64,000 bases of DNA, taken from contig OZ024764.1 of assembly GCA_964016885.1 (NCBI GenBank), positions 27,094,001 to 27,158,000 of the forward strand, given 5' to 3'. The notes under the pieces are model-generated. The model worked only from the letters and a program-made list of their open reading frames with translations. It searched no databases and was not told where the DNA came from. The number at the start of each line of letters is the position of its first letter. The first letter of the stretch is position 1. The position numbers were made by a program, and so were the translations under genes. This DNA is from Eledone cirrhosa. Taxonomy: Eukaryota. Shown here in pieces: positions 39,642 through 51,742 of the stretch.

Positions 39642-40012
39642 GGTCGTATTATATGACTTTCAAATTGACCCCTATTATATTCAAATTATCCCCTGTGGGG
39701 CGTGCACCCCACGTTGAGAATCCCTCATAAATAAAAATATGTGAGTGTGTTGCTATGACTGCTATTTCTAGCAGGTTTACTGCAGTCCTGTAGACGCACA
39801 ACAAAAACCGGAAGTGGCAGCCATTAAAAAACTTTGGCTTAAAATCAGCCAAAAGATTTTCAATAATAGTAAAATTTTATTTTTGACAAGGACGATAACT
39901 TTTGTCTTACTTAATCGCAAAAATCGAGGCAAAAATTTTGCGGGTGTGCAGTTTACACGCTAAAATAAACCTGCTAGAAATAGCAGTTATAGCAACTCAC
40001 ATATATTTATAT

Positions 40013-40050
<38 letters not shown>

Positions 40051-40461
40051 CCAAACACACACCCTTATATATGTACGTGTGTGTGTGTTGACCGCTATAT
40101 ATATATATAGCAGCCAAACACATACACAGACACACATATATATATATATACATGTGTGTGTATATGTGTGTGTCCTCCTCTCGTCTATGGCTGTTATTTT
40201 TACATTGTCCTTTTTGTTATTTTTCTCGGGATTTGCCCGGATTCGAACATGCGACCACCTATTTACAATATAGAATCTTTACAGCTTTACTGACTTTTAA
40301 GTAATCCAAGTTGTAACCCCGGATTTAGTAGTGTTTAATTTATTTTGAAGTATTTTATTATTGGCCTTAGTTAGACGATCGTCCAAGACCATGCTGGGGC
40401 ATATATATATATATGTATATATATGTGTGTGTGTGTGTGTATGCTGGGGCATATATATATA

Positions 40462-40515
<54 letters not shown>

Positions 40516-41011
40516 CTAGGGCATATATATATATGTGTGTGTGTGTATATATATATATATGTGTGTGTGTCCTTTCTGTTATTCGCTGCTATTTCTAAAG
40601 TGTCAATATATATATCATATATATATATATATGATATATAAATATATGTAAGTGAGTTGCTATGACTGCTATTTCTAGCAGGTTTATTTTTAGCGTGTAA
40701 ACTGCACACCCTCAAAATTTTTGCCTCGATTTTTGCGATTAAGTAAGACAAAAGTTATCGTCCTTGTCAAAAATAAAATTTTACTATTATTGAAAATCTT
40801 TTGGCTGATTTTAAGCCAAAGTTTTTTAATGGCTGCCACTTCCGGTTTTTGTTGTGCGTCTACAGGACTGCAGTAAACCTGCTAGAAATAGCAGTCATAG
40901 CAACACACTCACATATATTTATTTATGAGGGATTCTCAACGTGGGGTGCACGCCCCACAGCGGATAATTTGAATATAATAGGGGTCAATTTGAAAGTCAT
41001 ATAATACGACC
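39642..41011. repeat. Long inverted repeat (arms ~39642-40030 and ~40620-41011) around a microsatellite-rich spacer
   Basis: Near-identical translated frames on opposite strands (39649-39852 minus, 40801-41004 plus). Partial outward extension to ~39530 and ~41160. Confidence 0.92.
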
Positions 41012-41828
41012 CAACTCCCTGTTACACTTCGTATACACATGTTATCGTGTATCTGGCAGCACCTGCGAGAAGTTTGTTTACATTTTGGGGTTTGCTTTGA
41101 TGATCGCTGCATCGCAGCTTTGTTTAAATAAAGGGTTTCTACTTTATATTACAGTAATAACACTTTTACAAGACTCGGATTGTTTTTATATTAAAGGGGA
41201 CATGTTTTTTAAACTCTGAACTCAGCATCTTTCTGTTGTTCTCCGGGATTCTAGCAAAGTATAAAAATATATATATATATATAGCTGGCAGTCAACCTCA
41301 GACTCGAAAAAGCCGCCGCTAATCGTGATCGTTGGGGTTATAATTAGACTAAAAGTGCTTCCACTGGGCACCATTAGCTGATTGTGATCATTGGAGAATT
41401 CTTTCTGCGCTGAAAGAGCCTAGGACTAAAAGATATATATATAGATGTCGAAACGGCAGTAGCACAGCCGTTGGGGTCCTGAATATTTTCACATCTATAT
41501 ATGTGTGTGTATTCTGCGACATTTATAATTACATAAGCAAGCATATTTGAATAACAAAATTTGAGGTTTAAATACTTTATTTTTTACCAATAACATAGAG
41601 AAAGGCATGAACAACACCACATGTTAATTACTTTAATATTGAAAGTAGGGTTATAAAGATTAAAAAAGCAGATTTTTTAATCTTTCATGGTGGTCTGGTG
41701 GGTGATACCAGAGATGGTGGTAGTCCTGGTTTCGGTTTCAATCCCGGTCATGGGTTACATATAAGGTCTCATTTTTTTTTTTCTTTCTTTCAGTTTTCTT
41801 CTTATCTCTAGATATAAATATATATACA

Positions 41829-41940
41829 TAAGGTAATTTGGTAGAATTGTTAGAACATCAGATAGAATTCTTTGCAGTATTTTTCCAGTTCTTTACTCTG
41901 AGTTCAACTTTACCTTTCTTCCATTCGGTGTCGATAAGTC
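41829..41940 (+). mobile_element. Degenerate tRNA-derived SINE (copies ~44422, 56436, 59058)
   Basis: TTGGTAGAATTGTTAG..TTTACTCTGAGTTCAACTTTACCTTTCTTCCATTCGGTGTCGATAAG shares its layout with the SINE at 24488. Confidence 0.6.
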
Positions 41941-43358
41941 TTGAATATGTCTAACGTAGCAATAATTGGAGCTACTTAACCAAGTTTTCCCAACCTAGTC
42001 GATGTCACCTACTGGTTGGCGATTTAAACTGTTGGCTGGGACAATGACCAACTAATCAGTCAGATTCGAACTCACTATGTCTGGCATATATTTTATATTT
42101 TATATTTGAATGACGTTCTGTAAGTAACCTGGTGGCTTAGATGGCAATACTGCTCGAATAGATGGCTTCTATTATGAAGTTATAAGTTCATTCCCTATCC
42201 AGGATTGTAGAATTAATTTTATTTAGTTATTATTTAATCAATTGTTTTAACAAACAAATTATATCTATAAAACGCCAAATATAGTGAGTTCAAATCTGAC
42301 TGACATGCATGGTATATATTTATGTTTCATTATACAACGACACAATACACAGGAACTTATAAAGATATGTATATATTGTCCAGGAGTTTCGAGTTTAGTG
42401 GGAATTGGTACAACTCTCAATTGGAGCTAGTTCCTGCAAGATCAGCATAAATAATGTTATACCTTTTCATGAAATCTTGCACACCCGATGTTTTATACAT
42501 GATTATTTAAAGGTGAACAAAAACCAAAGAACATTGTGCAGCATTTCTCAACCTTTCTACCCATGTCGATCTCTTGAAATAGTTTTTATGTCTCAGGGAT
42601 GCCCTGCATAAAATATACTTTTTCTATCTCTAGAGCAGTGGTTCCCAAATCGTGTGCTGCGAGATGAAACAAGATGAGCTGCAAAAGACTAAGATTAAGT
42701 TTTAAGATGTGAAAAATATAAAACTGAAATTTCATATAAAAGTTCAAATATAGCTACAGCCACAAACCTAGGCTCCACACCCCGCAATGCAAAGGATAGT
42801 AAGATAGTACCAAGGCCTGACTCACCTCTTCCACTCCATTGAGACCTCTGCCATACTTGGTCCCTGTACTGCTGATTTCCTCCATAAAGTCGGGAGGAAA
42901 GACGACAGGAGCCTCATGAGGAGGGGCGACTATTGTAGCAGGTGTCTCTGGCCTTGCTCCGAGGTAACGCTTTTACGTTTCTTCCACAGGTTGCGGCTGA
43001 GGGACCACTTAGACTGGGGTGAAGTGTCTGTCCCTCCCCCGACTTCTTACTTCTTTTTTTTTCTCATTTTCATTTTCTTTTCTCTTCTTGCTTATCTCTG
43101 CTATACCACGGCATCAAAAACATATATGATATGTGTATGTATGGTATAGGTGTATTTATATTTAGGATAGTTATCAAAGGTAAATAGACTGGTTGAAGCA
43201 ATAACAGTCTTGTTTATGTATATACACACATATATATATATATATATATATATTGTTTGTTCTTGTATTTCCATAGAAAAGGTAAAGAAAAGAAGAATGC
43301 TCTATGTATTGTACAGAGCTATTTAATTACATAATAAACAACAGAATATAATTATTCC

Positions 43359-43610
43359 ATGCAAATAGACTTAGACTGGAAAACATTCAGACAGAGAAGA
43401 ATGGATAATGAGCGTCGTAAGAGAAATTGGCCAACAATTAATATTAATGGAAATGTAGAAGGATTTCATATTAGTGATATGAATGTTTCGTGTGATCACT
43501 GTGGAGCTTTGAAATTTAGAAATGAAAATTGTAACTGTTGTAATAAAGGAAAGGTTGTGTTGCCACCATTGCAAATATACCCTGAGAGACTGAGAAATCT
43601 CTTTGAAAGA
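43359..43610 (+). pseudogene. Helitron relic, N-terminal zinc-finger part only, cut at RNLFER (copy 57996-58246)
   Basis: Identity with the other copies stops after CTTTGAAAGA; followed by GATTTCTCAGTCTCTCAGGG and the 89-bp array. Confidence 0.88.
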
Positions 43611-43631
43611 GATTTCTCAGTCTCTCAGGGT

Positions 43632-44342
43632 ATATATTCCCGCCGTTGAAATAAAAATTTTAATAGAAAAACGGCGGGAATATATGTTACAACCCAATCT
43701 ATATATATTTAGGTTGTAACATATATTCCCGCCGTTGAAATAAAAATTTTAATAGAAAAACGGCGGGAATATATGTTACAGCCCAATCTATATATATTTG
43801 GGTTTTAACATATATTCCCGCCGTTGAAATAAAAATTTTAATAGAAAAACGGCGGGAATATATGTTACAGCCCAATCTATATATATTTGGGTTGTAACAT
43901 ATATTCCCGCCGTTGAAATAAAATTTTTAATAGAAAAACGGCGGGAATATATGTTACAACCCAATCTACATATATTTGGGTTGTAACATATATTCCCGCC
44001 GTTGAAATAAAAATTTTAACATAAAAACGGCGGGAATATATATTACAACCCAAACATATATAGGTTGGGTTGTAACATATATTCCCGCCGTTTTTCTATT
44101 AAAATTTTTATTTCAACGGCGGGAATATATGTTACAACCCCAAAATATGTAGCTTGGATTGTAACATATATTCCCGCCGTTTTTCTATTAAAATTTTTAT
44201 TTCAACGGCGGGAATATATGTTACAACTCAAATATATATAGATTGGGTTGTAACATATATTCCCGCCGTTTTTCTATTAAAATTTTTATTTCACCGGCAG
44301 GAATATGTTACAACCCAAATATATATATATTGAGTTGTAACA
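43632..44342. repeat. 89-bp double-hairpin tandem array, 8 units (5 forward + 3 reverse)
   Basis: Unit ATATATTCCCGCCGTT-gaaataaaaattttaatagaaa-AACGGCGGGAATATAT-GTTACAACCCAA-loop-TTGGGTTGTAAC. Starts at 43632, 43721, 43810, 43899 and 43988, then loop-inverted at 44077, 44166 and 44255. Confidence 0.95.
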
Positions 44343-45786
44343 TGGGTTACATATAAGGTCTCATTTTTTTTCTTTTCTTTCTTTCAGTTTTCTTCTTATC
44401 TCTAGATATAAATATATATACATAAGGTAACTTGGTAGAATTGTTAGAACATCAGATAGAATTCTTTGCAGTATTTTTCCAGTTCTTTACTCTGAGTTCA
44501 ACTTTACCTTTCTTCCATTCAGTGTCGATAAGTCTTGAATATGTCTAACGTAGCAATAACTGGAGCTACTTAACCAAGTTTTCCCAACCTAGTCGATGTC
44601 ACCTACTGGTTGGCGATTTAAACTGTTGGCTGCGACAATGACCAACTAATCAGTCAGATTCGAACTCACTATGTCTGGCATATATTTTATATTTTATATT
44701 TGAATGAAGTTCTGTAAGTAACCTGGTGGCTTAGATGGCAATACTGCTCGAATAGATGGCTTCTAGTTCATTCCCTATCCAGGATTGTAGAATTAATTTT
44801 ATTTAGTTATTATTTAATCAATTGTTTTAACAAACAAATTATATCTATAAAACGCCAAATATAGTGAGTTCAAATCTGACTGACATGCATGGTATATATT
44901 TATGTTTCATTATACAGCGACACAATACACAGGAACTTATAAAGATATGTATATATTGTCCAGGAGTTTCGAGTTTAGTGGGAATTGGTACAACTCTCAG
45001 TTGGAGCTAGTCCCTGCAAGATCAGCATAAATAATGTTATACCTTTTCATGAAATCTTGCACACCCGATATTTTATACATGATTATTTAAAGGTGAACAA
45101 AAACCAAAGAACATTGTGCAGCATTCTCAACCTTTCTACCCATGTCGATCTCTTGAAATAGTTTTTATGTCTCAGGGAAGCCCTGCATAAAATATACTTT
45201 TTCTATCTCTAGAGCAGTGGTTCCCAAATCGTGTGCTGAGAGATGAAACAAGATGAGCTGCAAAAGACTAAGATTAAGTTTTATGATGTGAAAAATATAA
45301 AACTGAAATTTCATATAAAAGTTCAAATATAGCTACAGCCACAAACCTAGGCTCCACACCCCGCAATGCAGAGGATAGTAAGATAGTACCAAGGCCTGAA
45401 AATGAGACCTCTGCCATACTTGGTCCCTGTACTGCTGATTTCCTCCATAAAGTCGGGAGGAAAGACGACAGGAGCTTCATGAGGAGGGGCGACTATTGTA
45501 GCAGGTGTCTCTGGCCTTGCTCTGAGGTAACGCTTTTACGTTTCTTCCACAGGTTGCGGCTGAGGGACCACTTAGACTGGGGTGAAGTGTCTGTCCCTCC
45601 CCCGACTTCTTACTTCTTTTTTTTTCTCATTTTCATTTTCTTTTCTCTTCTTGCTTATCTCTGCTATACCACGGCATCAAAAACATATATGATATATGTA
45701 TGTATGGTATAGGTGTATTTATATTTAGGATAGTTATCAAAGGTAAATAGACTGGTTGGAGCAATAACAGTCTTGTTTATGTATGT

Positions 45787-45827
<41 letters not shown>

Positions 45828-45928
45828 TGTTCTTGTATTTCCATAGAAAAGGTAAAGAAAAGAAGAATGCTCTATGTATTGTACAGAGCTATTTAATTAC
45901 ATAATAAACAACAGAATATAATTATTCC

Positions 45929-46688
45929 ATGCAAATAGACTTAGAATGGAAAACATTCAGACAGAGAAGAATGGATAATGAGCGTCGTAAGAGAAATTGG
46001 CCAACAATTAATATTAATGGAAATGTAGAAGAATTTCATATTAGTGATATGAATGTTTCGTGTGATCACTGTGGAGCTTTGAAATTTAGAAATGAAAATT
46101 GTAACTGTTGTAATAAAGGAAAGGTAGTGTTGCCACCATTGCAAATATACCCTGAGAGACTGAGAAATCTCTTTGAAAGAGGCCAGGAAGCAGTTGATTT
46201 CACAGAAACATCTGCAATTAAAACTACATTTATTTCACTTCATTTGGTGTTACCACCCGGCAGAGGCCCGTATAGATTTCATATTCAGGGTCAAACATAT
46301 CAATACACACCCATCTCTGTAACCTGCAGAAAATACACCACAATATGGCCAGTTATATATTATTGATGGGAACGAAGGTGTGTAGCACAGATTGGAAGTA
46401 CAACCAAATAATTGTTTCTGGCACAAGGCCAGCAATTACTGATACTTTATTCTATCGACCTCATAAGGATGAAAACAAAGTCAACCTTAGAGGGATTTGA
46501 ACCCAGAACGTAAAGGGCCATAACCCTATGCTGCAAAGCATGGTGTCTGACGCTCTACCGATACTGCCAATCCACTGCCCTAGTCCCAACAAATAATGAC
46601 TGCTCACCACAAAAAATGGCTATGATAAGAGAGGTGTTGCATGAATATAATCCATATGTCGAAGTGTACAATACAATGCATGGCATCA
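45929..46688 (+). pseudogene. Helitron relic copy 3, 5' part (interrupted)
   Basis: Matches copy 2 up to ATGCATGGCATCA (46688). Confidence 0.9.
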
Positions 46689-49313
46689 CAAATGAATATA
46701 TATATATATACTACTAAAGTGTATGTAAAATTTTAAAATAAATACTTAAATTCAATTTGTATAATTACACATACAATATGTTTTGTTGTAAAACCCTAAA
46801 TAATGATTTAAGAAATGATGTCAATCTCTTTGTACAGAGAAAAACAATTTATATATATGCATCGTGTGCGCGTGTATACTCCATTTAAGACAGCGAAAAA
46901 CCTAGTACCTCCTTCAAAGAATGCCAAATAGTTTATGCCTAAGGTGTAACACTAATTAAGTTACTGGTATAGATATTTCAGTTGAACCCTGCTTCAAACA
47001 TGCATATTATTATTATATATTTTCAAACACACTTACATACATTATATTTATACACATAGAAATGTTAAAACTAAAGTATAATGATATAACAACAGTATAT
47101 AATAGTTTTCTTCACTTTATTGAGATGCAATCGTTTTAAAGAAAAAACATGACAGTATAAGAAATATTTAATATGATAACATAATATTTCAGGTAGGATG
47201 GTGGTTTCTCTTTGAACTAATAATTGTTTCTACTTTAGGCACAAGGCCAGCAATTAACCAGTACATTACTGGTACTTTATTTTATCGACCCCGTAAGGAT
47301 GAAAGGCAAAGTTAACCTCGGATCGTAAAGGGACGTAACTATGCTGGAAAGCATGGCGTCAGACCCTCTACCGATACTGCCAATTCACCATACAGTATAA
47401 TTATACAAATATGCATATAGATAGCAATATATATACACTAATATGTATGTACATATTTATACATATATACATATATATAGGGAGAGAGAGAGACACATGT
47501 ATGTATATATATATACACATGCGTGTATGTATGTGTTTATGTACATTCTTCGGTATATATATATGAGTCACGGTTTATTACACATTGGAGACACAGAGAG
47601 AAAGAGTTGAAACGAGAGGTGAGAGAGTTGAAACAAGAGAGGAGAGAGTTGAAACGAGAAAAGAGAGAGAGAGTTGAAACGAGAGGAGAGAGAGAGAGAG
47701 TTGTAACGAGAGGAGAGAGAGAGAGAGAGTTGAAACGAGAGGAGAGAGAGTTGAAACGAGGAGAGAGTTGAAACAAGAGGGTGAGGGGAGAGAGGGGAGA
47801 GAGTGATGAAACGAGTCGGAGATAGAGTGTGAAAGAGAGAGAGAGAGGAAGAGAGAGAGAGAGGAAGAGAGAGAGAGAGAGAGGAAGAGAGAGAGAGAAA
47901 GAGAGAGAGAGAGGAAGAGAGAGAGAGGAAGAGAGAGAGAGGAAGAGGGAGAGGGGGGATGAAACAAGAGGGTGAGGGATGAAACAAGAGAGAGAGGGGA
48001 GAGAAAGAGAGAGGGGAGAGAAAGAGAGAGGGGAGAGAAAGAGAGAGAGAGAGAGAGAACGAATTGAAACAAGAGAGAGATGAAACAAGTGAGGGATTAG
48101 AATGTTGAAACAAGAGAGAGAGGAAGAGAGAGAGAGAGCAAGATGGAACGAGAGAGAGAGAGCGAGATGAAATGAGAGCGAGATGAAACGAGAGAGAGAG
48201 AGAATGAGATGAAATGAGAGAGAGAGAGAGCGAGAGAGAGAGCGAGATGAAACGAGAGAGAGAGAGAGAGAGAGAGAGCGAGATGAAATGAGACAGAGAG
48301 AGCGAGATGAAACGAGAGAGAGAGAGAGCGAGATGAAATGAGAGAGTGAGTGCGAGATGAAATGAGAGAGAGTGAGAGCGACATGAAATGAGAGAGAGAG
48401 AGCGAGATGAAACGAGAGAGAGAGAGAGCGAGATGAAATGAGAGAGAGTCAGAGCGAGATGAAATGAGAGAGTGAGAGCGAGATGAAATGAGAGAGAGAG
48501 AGCGAGATGAAATGAGAGAGAGTGAGAGCGAGATGAAATGAGAGAGAGAGAGCGAGATGAAATGAGAGAGAGAGGAAACGAGACTAGAGAGCGAGATGAA
48601 ACAGGAGAGAGAGAGCGAGATGAAACAGGAGAGAGAGAGCGAGATGAAACAGGAGAGAGAGAGCGAGATGAAACGAGAGGGAGAGAGAGATGAAATGAGA
48701 GAGCGAGAGAGAGATAGAGGGAGATGAAACGACAGAGAGAGAGACAGATGAAACGAGAGAGAGAAATAGAGATGAAACGAGAGAGAGTGATGAAACGAGA
48801 GAGAGGAAGAGAGAGATGGAACGAGAGAGAGGAAGAGAGAGATGGAACGAGAGAGAGGAAGACAGAGATGAAATGAGAGAGAGGAAGACAGAGATGAAAC
48901 GAGAGAGAGAGAGAGCGAGATGAAACGAGAGAGAGAGAGCGCGAGATGAAACTCTGTCATGTAATGTTATGGACATATCTGCCCCTGGGGCTAATAATTG
49001 TCATGTAATGTTATGGTCATCTCTGCCCCTGTGGTTAATAATTCTGTCATGTAATGTTATGGTCATGTCTGCACCTGTGGCTAATAAATCTGTCATGTAA
49101 TGTTATGGTCATCTCTGCCCCTGTGGCTAATAATTCTGTCATGTAATGTTATGGACATCTCTGCCCCTGTGGCTAATAATTCTGACATGTAATGTTATGG
49201 ACATCTCTGCCCCGGTGGCTAATAATTCTGACATGTAATGTTATGGACATCTCTGCCCCTGTGGCTAATAATTCTGACATGTAATGTTATGGACATTGCT
49301 ATCTTGTTTCATC
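46689..49313 (+). other. 2625-bp insertion in the Helitron relic: AT-rich leader with a SINE (~47230-47390, minus), GA tract (47587-48951) and 46-bp array (48957-49296)
   Basis: Removing it restores GGCA-TCA-AACAGC as seen at 24761 and 34050; TCA is present at both 46686-46688 and 49314-49316. Confidence 0.9.
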
Positions 49314-50912
49314 TCAAACAGCAAAGTGCAAGAAGAGAAAATTGTCGTGTACAGAACTGTGAATTAAGATTTAGAAGAGGATCAGATATGAGCTGCTCTA
49401 ATTTACCAACTAGTAATGATAGCTGTTGTTTTGTGGGGGATTGAGGGCACACCACCTGTACAAAGAGATATTATCATCTTTCCTAAAGACCATCCTCCTC
49501 AGAAAATACCACATAATGCATGCCACTTGGACCTCATGACCGACCGATAATGGTGAATTTTGGTGGCATAGTGCCATGGAGAGGAATGTAGGACCTGTGT
49601 TTGCAATAGACTGACAATGCAGGAGTATTACATATACTGTATAGCATATAGAGGAGGATTTAGTGCGATATATAGGGCAGGTAAATTATTTTAGCAGTAT
49701 TTAGTGGATGCCTATATGAAAGTAGAGGGATGCAGGCTTCAATATTTGAGGAACAATCAAGCCCAATTGTGAGTGGATGAGTATAATGGTTTAATGAATT
49801 ATCTAAACAGATGATAACACTGAGCCTTAAAAAATGAAGACAAGATAAGAAACAGAGAAGACATTGACAGAATCGTGTCAGCAGAAATACCTGCATTGGA
49901 AGATGATCCAGTACTACATGAGCAGGTTTAAAAGTTTATGATCCACAGGCCATGTGGTTCTGGAAACCCTTTTCCCCCATTTATACAAAATGGATTTTTC
50001 AAAAAGAACTATCCAAAAACCTACAGAAGGGAAACATTATTGAACCTAAATGGATACCCAGAGTACAGGAGGTGCAAGACAGGAACTGCAGTGTAAATTG
50101 GATGACATTCAGTAGATAACAGGAATGTTATGCCATTTAATGCCTTTTTGCTTAAGAAATATTGTGCACATATTAATGTTGAAGTTTGCGCTTCTGTAAA
50201 AAGTGTCAAGTACCTCTTTAAATATGTTACATGGGGCATGATTGTACATCTATAGAAGTAACGAATAATGCATTACCTAATGAGGCTCAGAACCAACACA
50301 ACCATGATGAAATAAGAACCTATCTTTGTTGCAGGTATGTGTCTCAGCCAGAAGCAGTGTCGTGTCTCTCGGAATTTAAGCTTCATGGTACATCACATAC
50401 AGTATACAGCCTAGCCACACACCTGGAGAACAAACAGAGTTTACTTTCAAAGAGGCAATGCTCAGGTTGTGGTAGAAATGCAGGGACCCTTGCTGCCTGG
50501 TTCAAGCTAAATGAACTTGCTTACACCTTCTGGGATGCCGCCTCACTAACTCCAATTATAAGCAGGATCAATAATAATGCTTCTATGGAATATTTCAATC
50601 CAGAACAGATTATGTAATGGCACAAGATTAGAAGTAGTAGAACTGCATAAACATTTTATCAAAGCTTCTCATATCTATGGTCCTTTGATGGGCAGGTGTG
50701 TTTTGATCCCAAGACTGAAGTTATCCCCCAGTGGTGCCAACATCCCTTTTACTTTGGAAAGACCCCAGTTTCCATTAAGACTGTCATATGCCATGACAAT
50801 CAACAAGAACCATGGTCAAATACATGATAAAGTGGGTCTGTTCCTCCCTGAGCAAGTATTTAACCCTGGACAATTGTATGTTGCTTTTTCAAGAGTTCAC
50901 AGACAGATGTAA
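49314..50912 (+). pseudogene. Helitron relic copy 3, 3' part
   Basis: Resumes at TCAAACAGCAAAGTG; Rep motif 3 and Pif1 C-terminal motifs as in copy 2. Confidence 0.92.
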
Positions 50913-51484
50913 AAATTAATCCTAGCAAACCCCCACCACTCCTACAACTGTTAGCTGTTAGCCCACCCCCAGCACCACCCAACCTCCGTTCTAGTCCCAC
51001 CGTTAGAACCAATGCTGCTTACCCTGCCTCTTTTACTAGTTCACTCCGTCGCTCGAATTTCAAAGCTGGCCCTCTACACTTGGTCGTTGCCAGCTCACCA
51101 CCTGGTTGTGCTCTCTGTGTCCGCACTAGCCGGTACCTAAACACAATAAAATGTCACCTGTGCTACCAAAACTACCACAGGAACTCTGTCGGCATCAGCA
51201 AGGCTCAAGCCGAAAGGCTTCAATACTAGACCTGTAATCAGGGCCACTTTACCTCCGACGACCAGCTTTCTACCGAGTGTGTGTTGATGGAGGGGACATG
51301 AGACCAGCAAAGTCCTAGGAGTAGAGACTAGTAAATAATAAACGGTCCTAGCTATGTTAAGAATATATATAAGAAAAATGTTCTATACATTTAAGAAGAC
51401 AAGAGAAATAAATATTTACCTCTTTCATGTAGGTAATATAGCGGTGTTATAAAAGTATAATAACTGATGCAGGTAGTTTGTTTC

Positions 51485-51742
51485 AAACTATAACACATAT
51501 AACTCTATCAGTGAAGCCCTTTAGTATAGGTCAACTGGGAAACTATAACACATATAACCCTATCAGTGAAGCCCTCTGGGAAACTATAACACATATAACT
51601 CTATCAGTGAAGCCCTTTAGTATAGGTCAACTGGGAAACTATAACACATATAACCCTATCAGTGAAGTCCTTTAGTATAGGTCAACTGGGAAATTATAAC
51701 ACATATAACCCTATCAGTGAAGTCCTTTAGTATAGGTCAACT
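51485..51742 (+). repeat. 55-bp minisatellite, 5 units
   Basis: Starts at 51485, 51540, 51581, 51636 and 51691; contains the same 41-bp variant unit. Confidence 0.95.
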
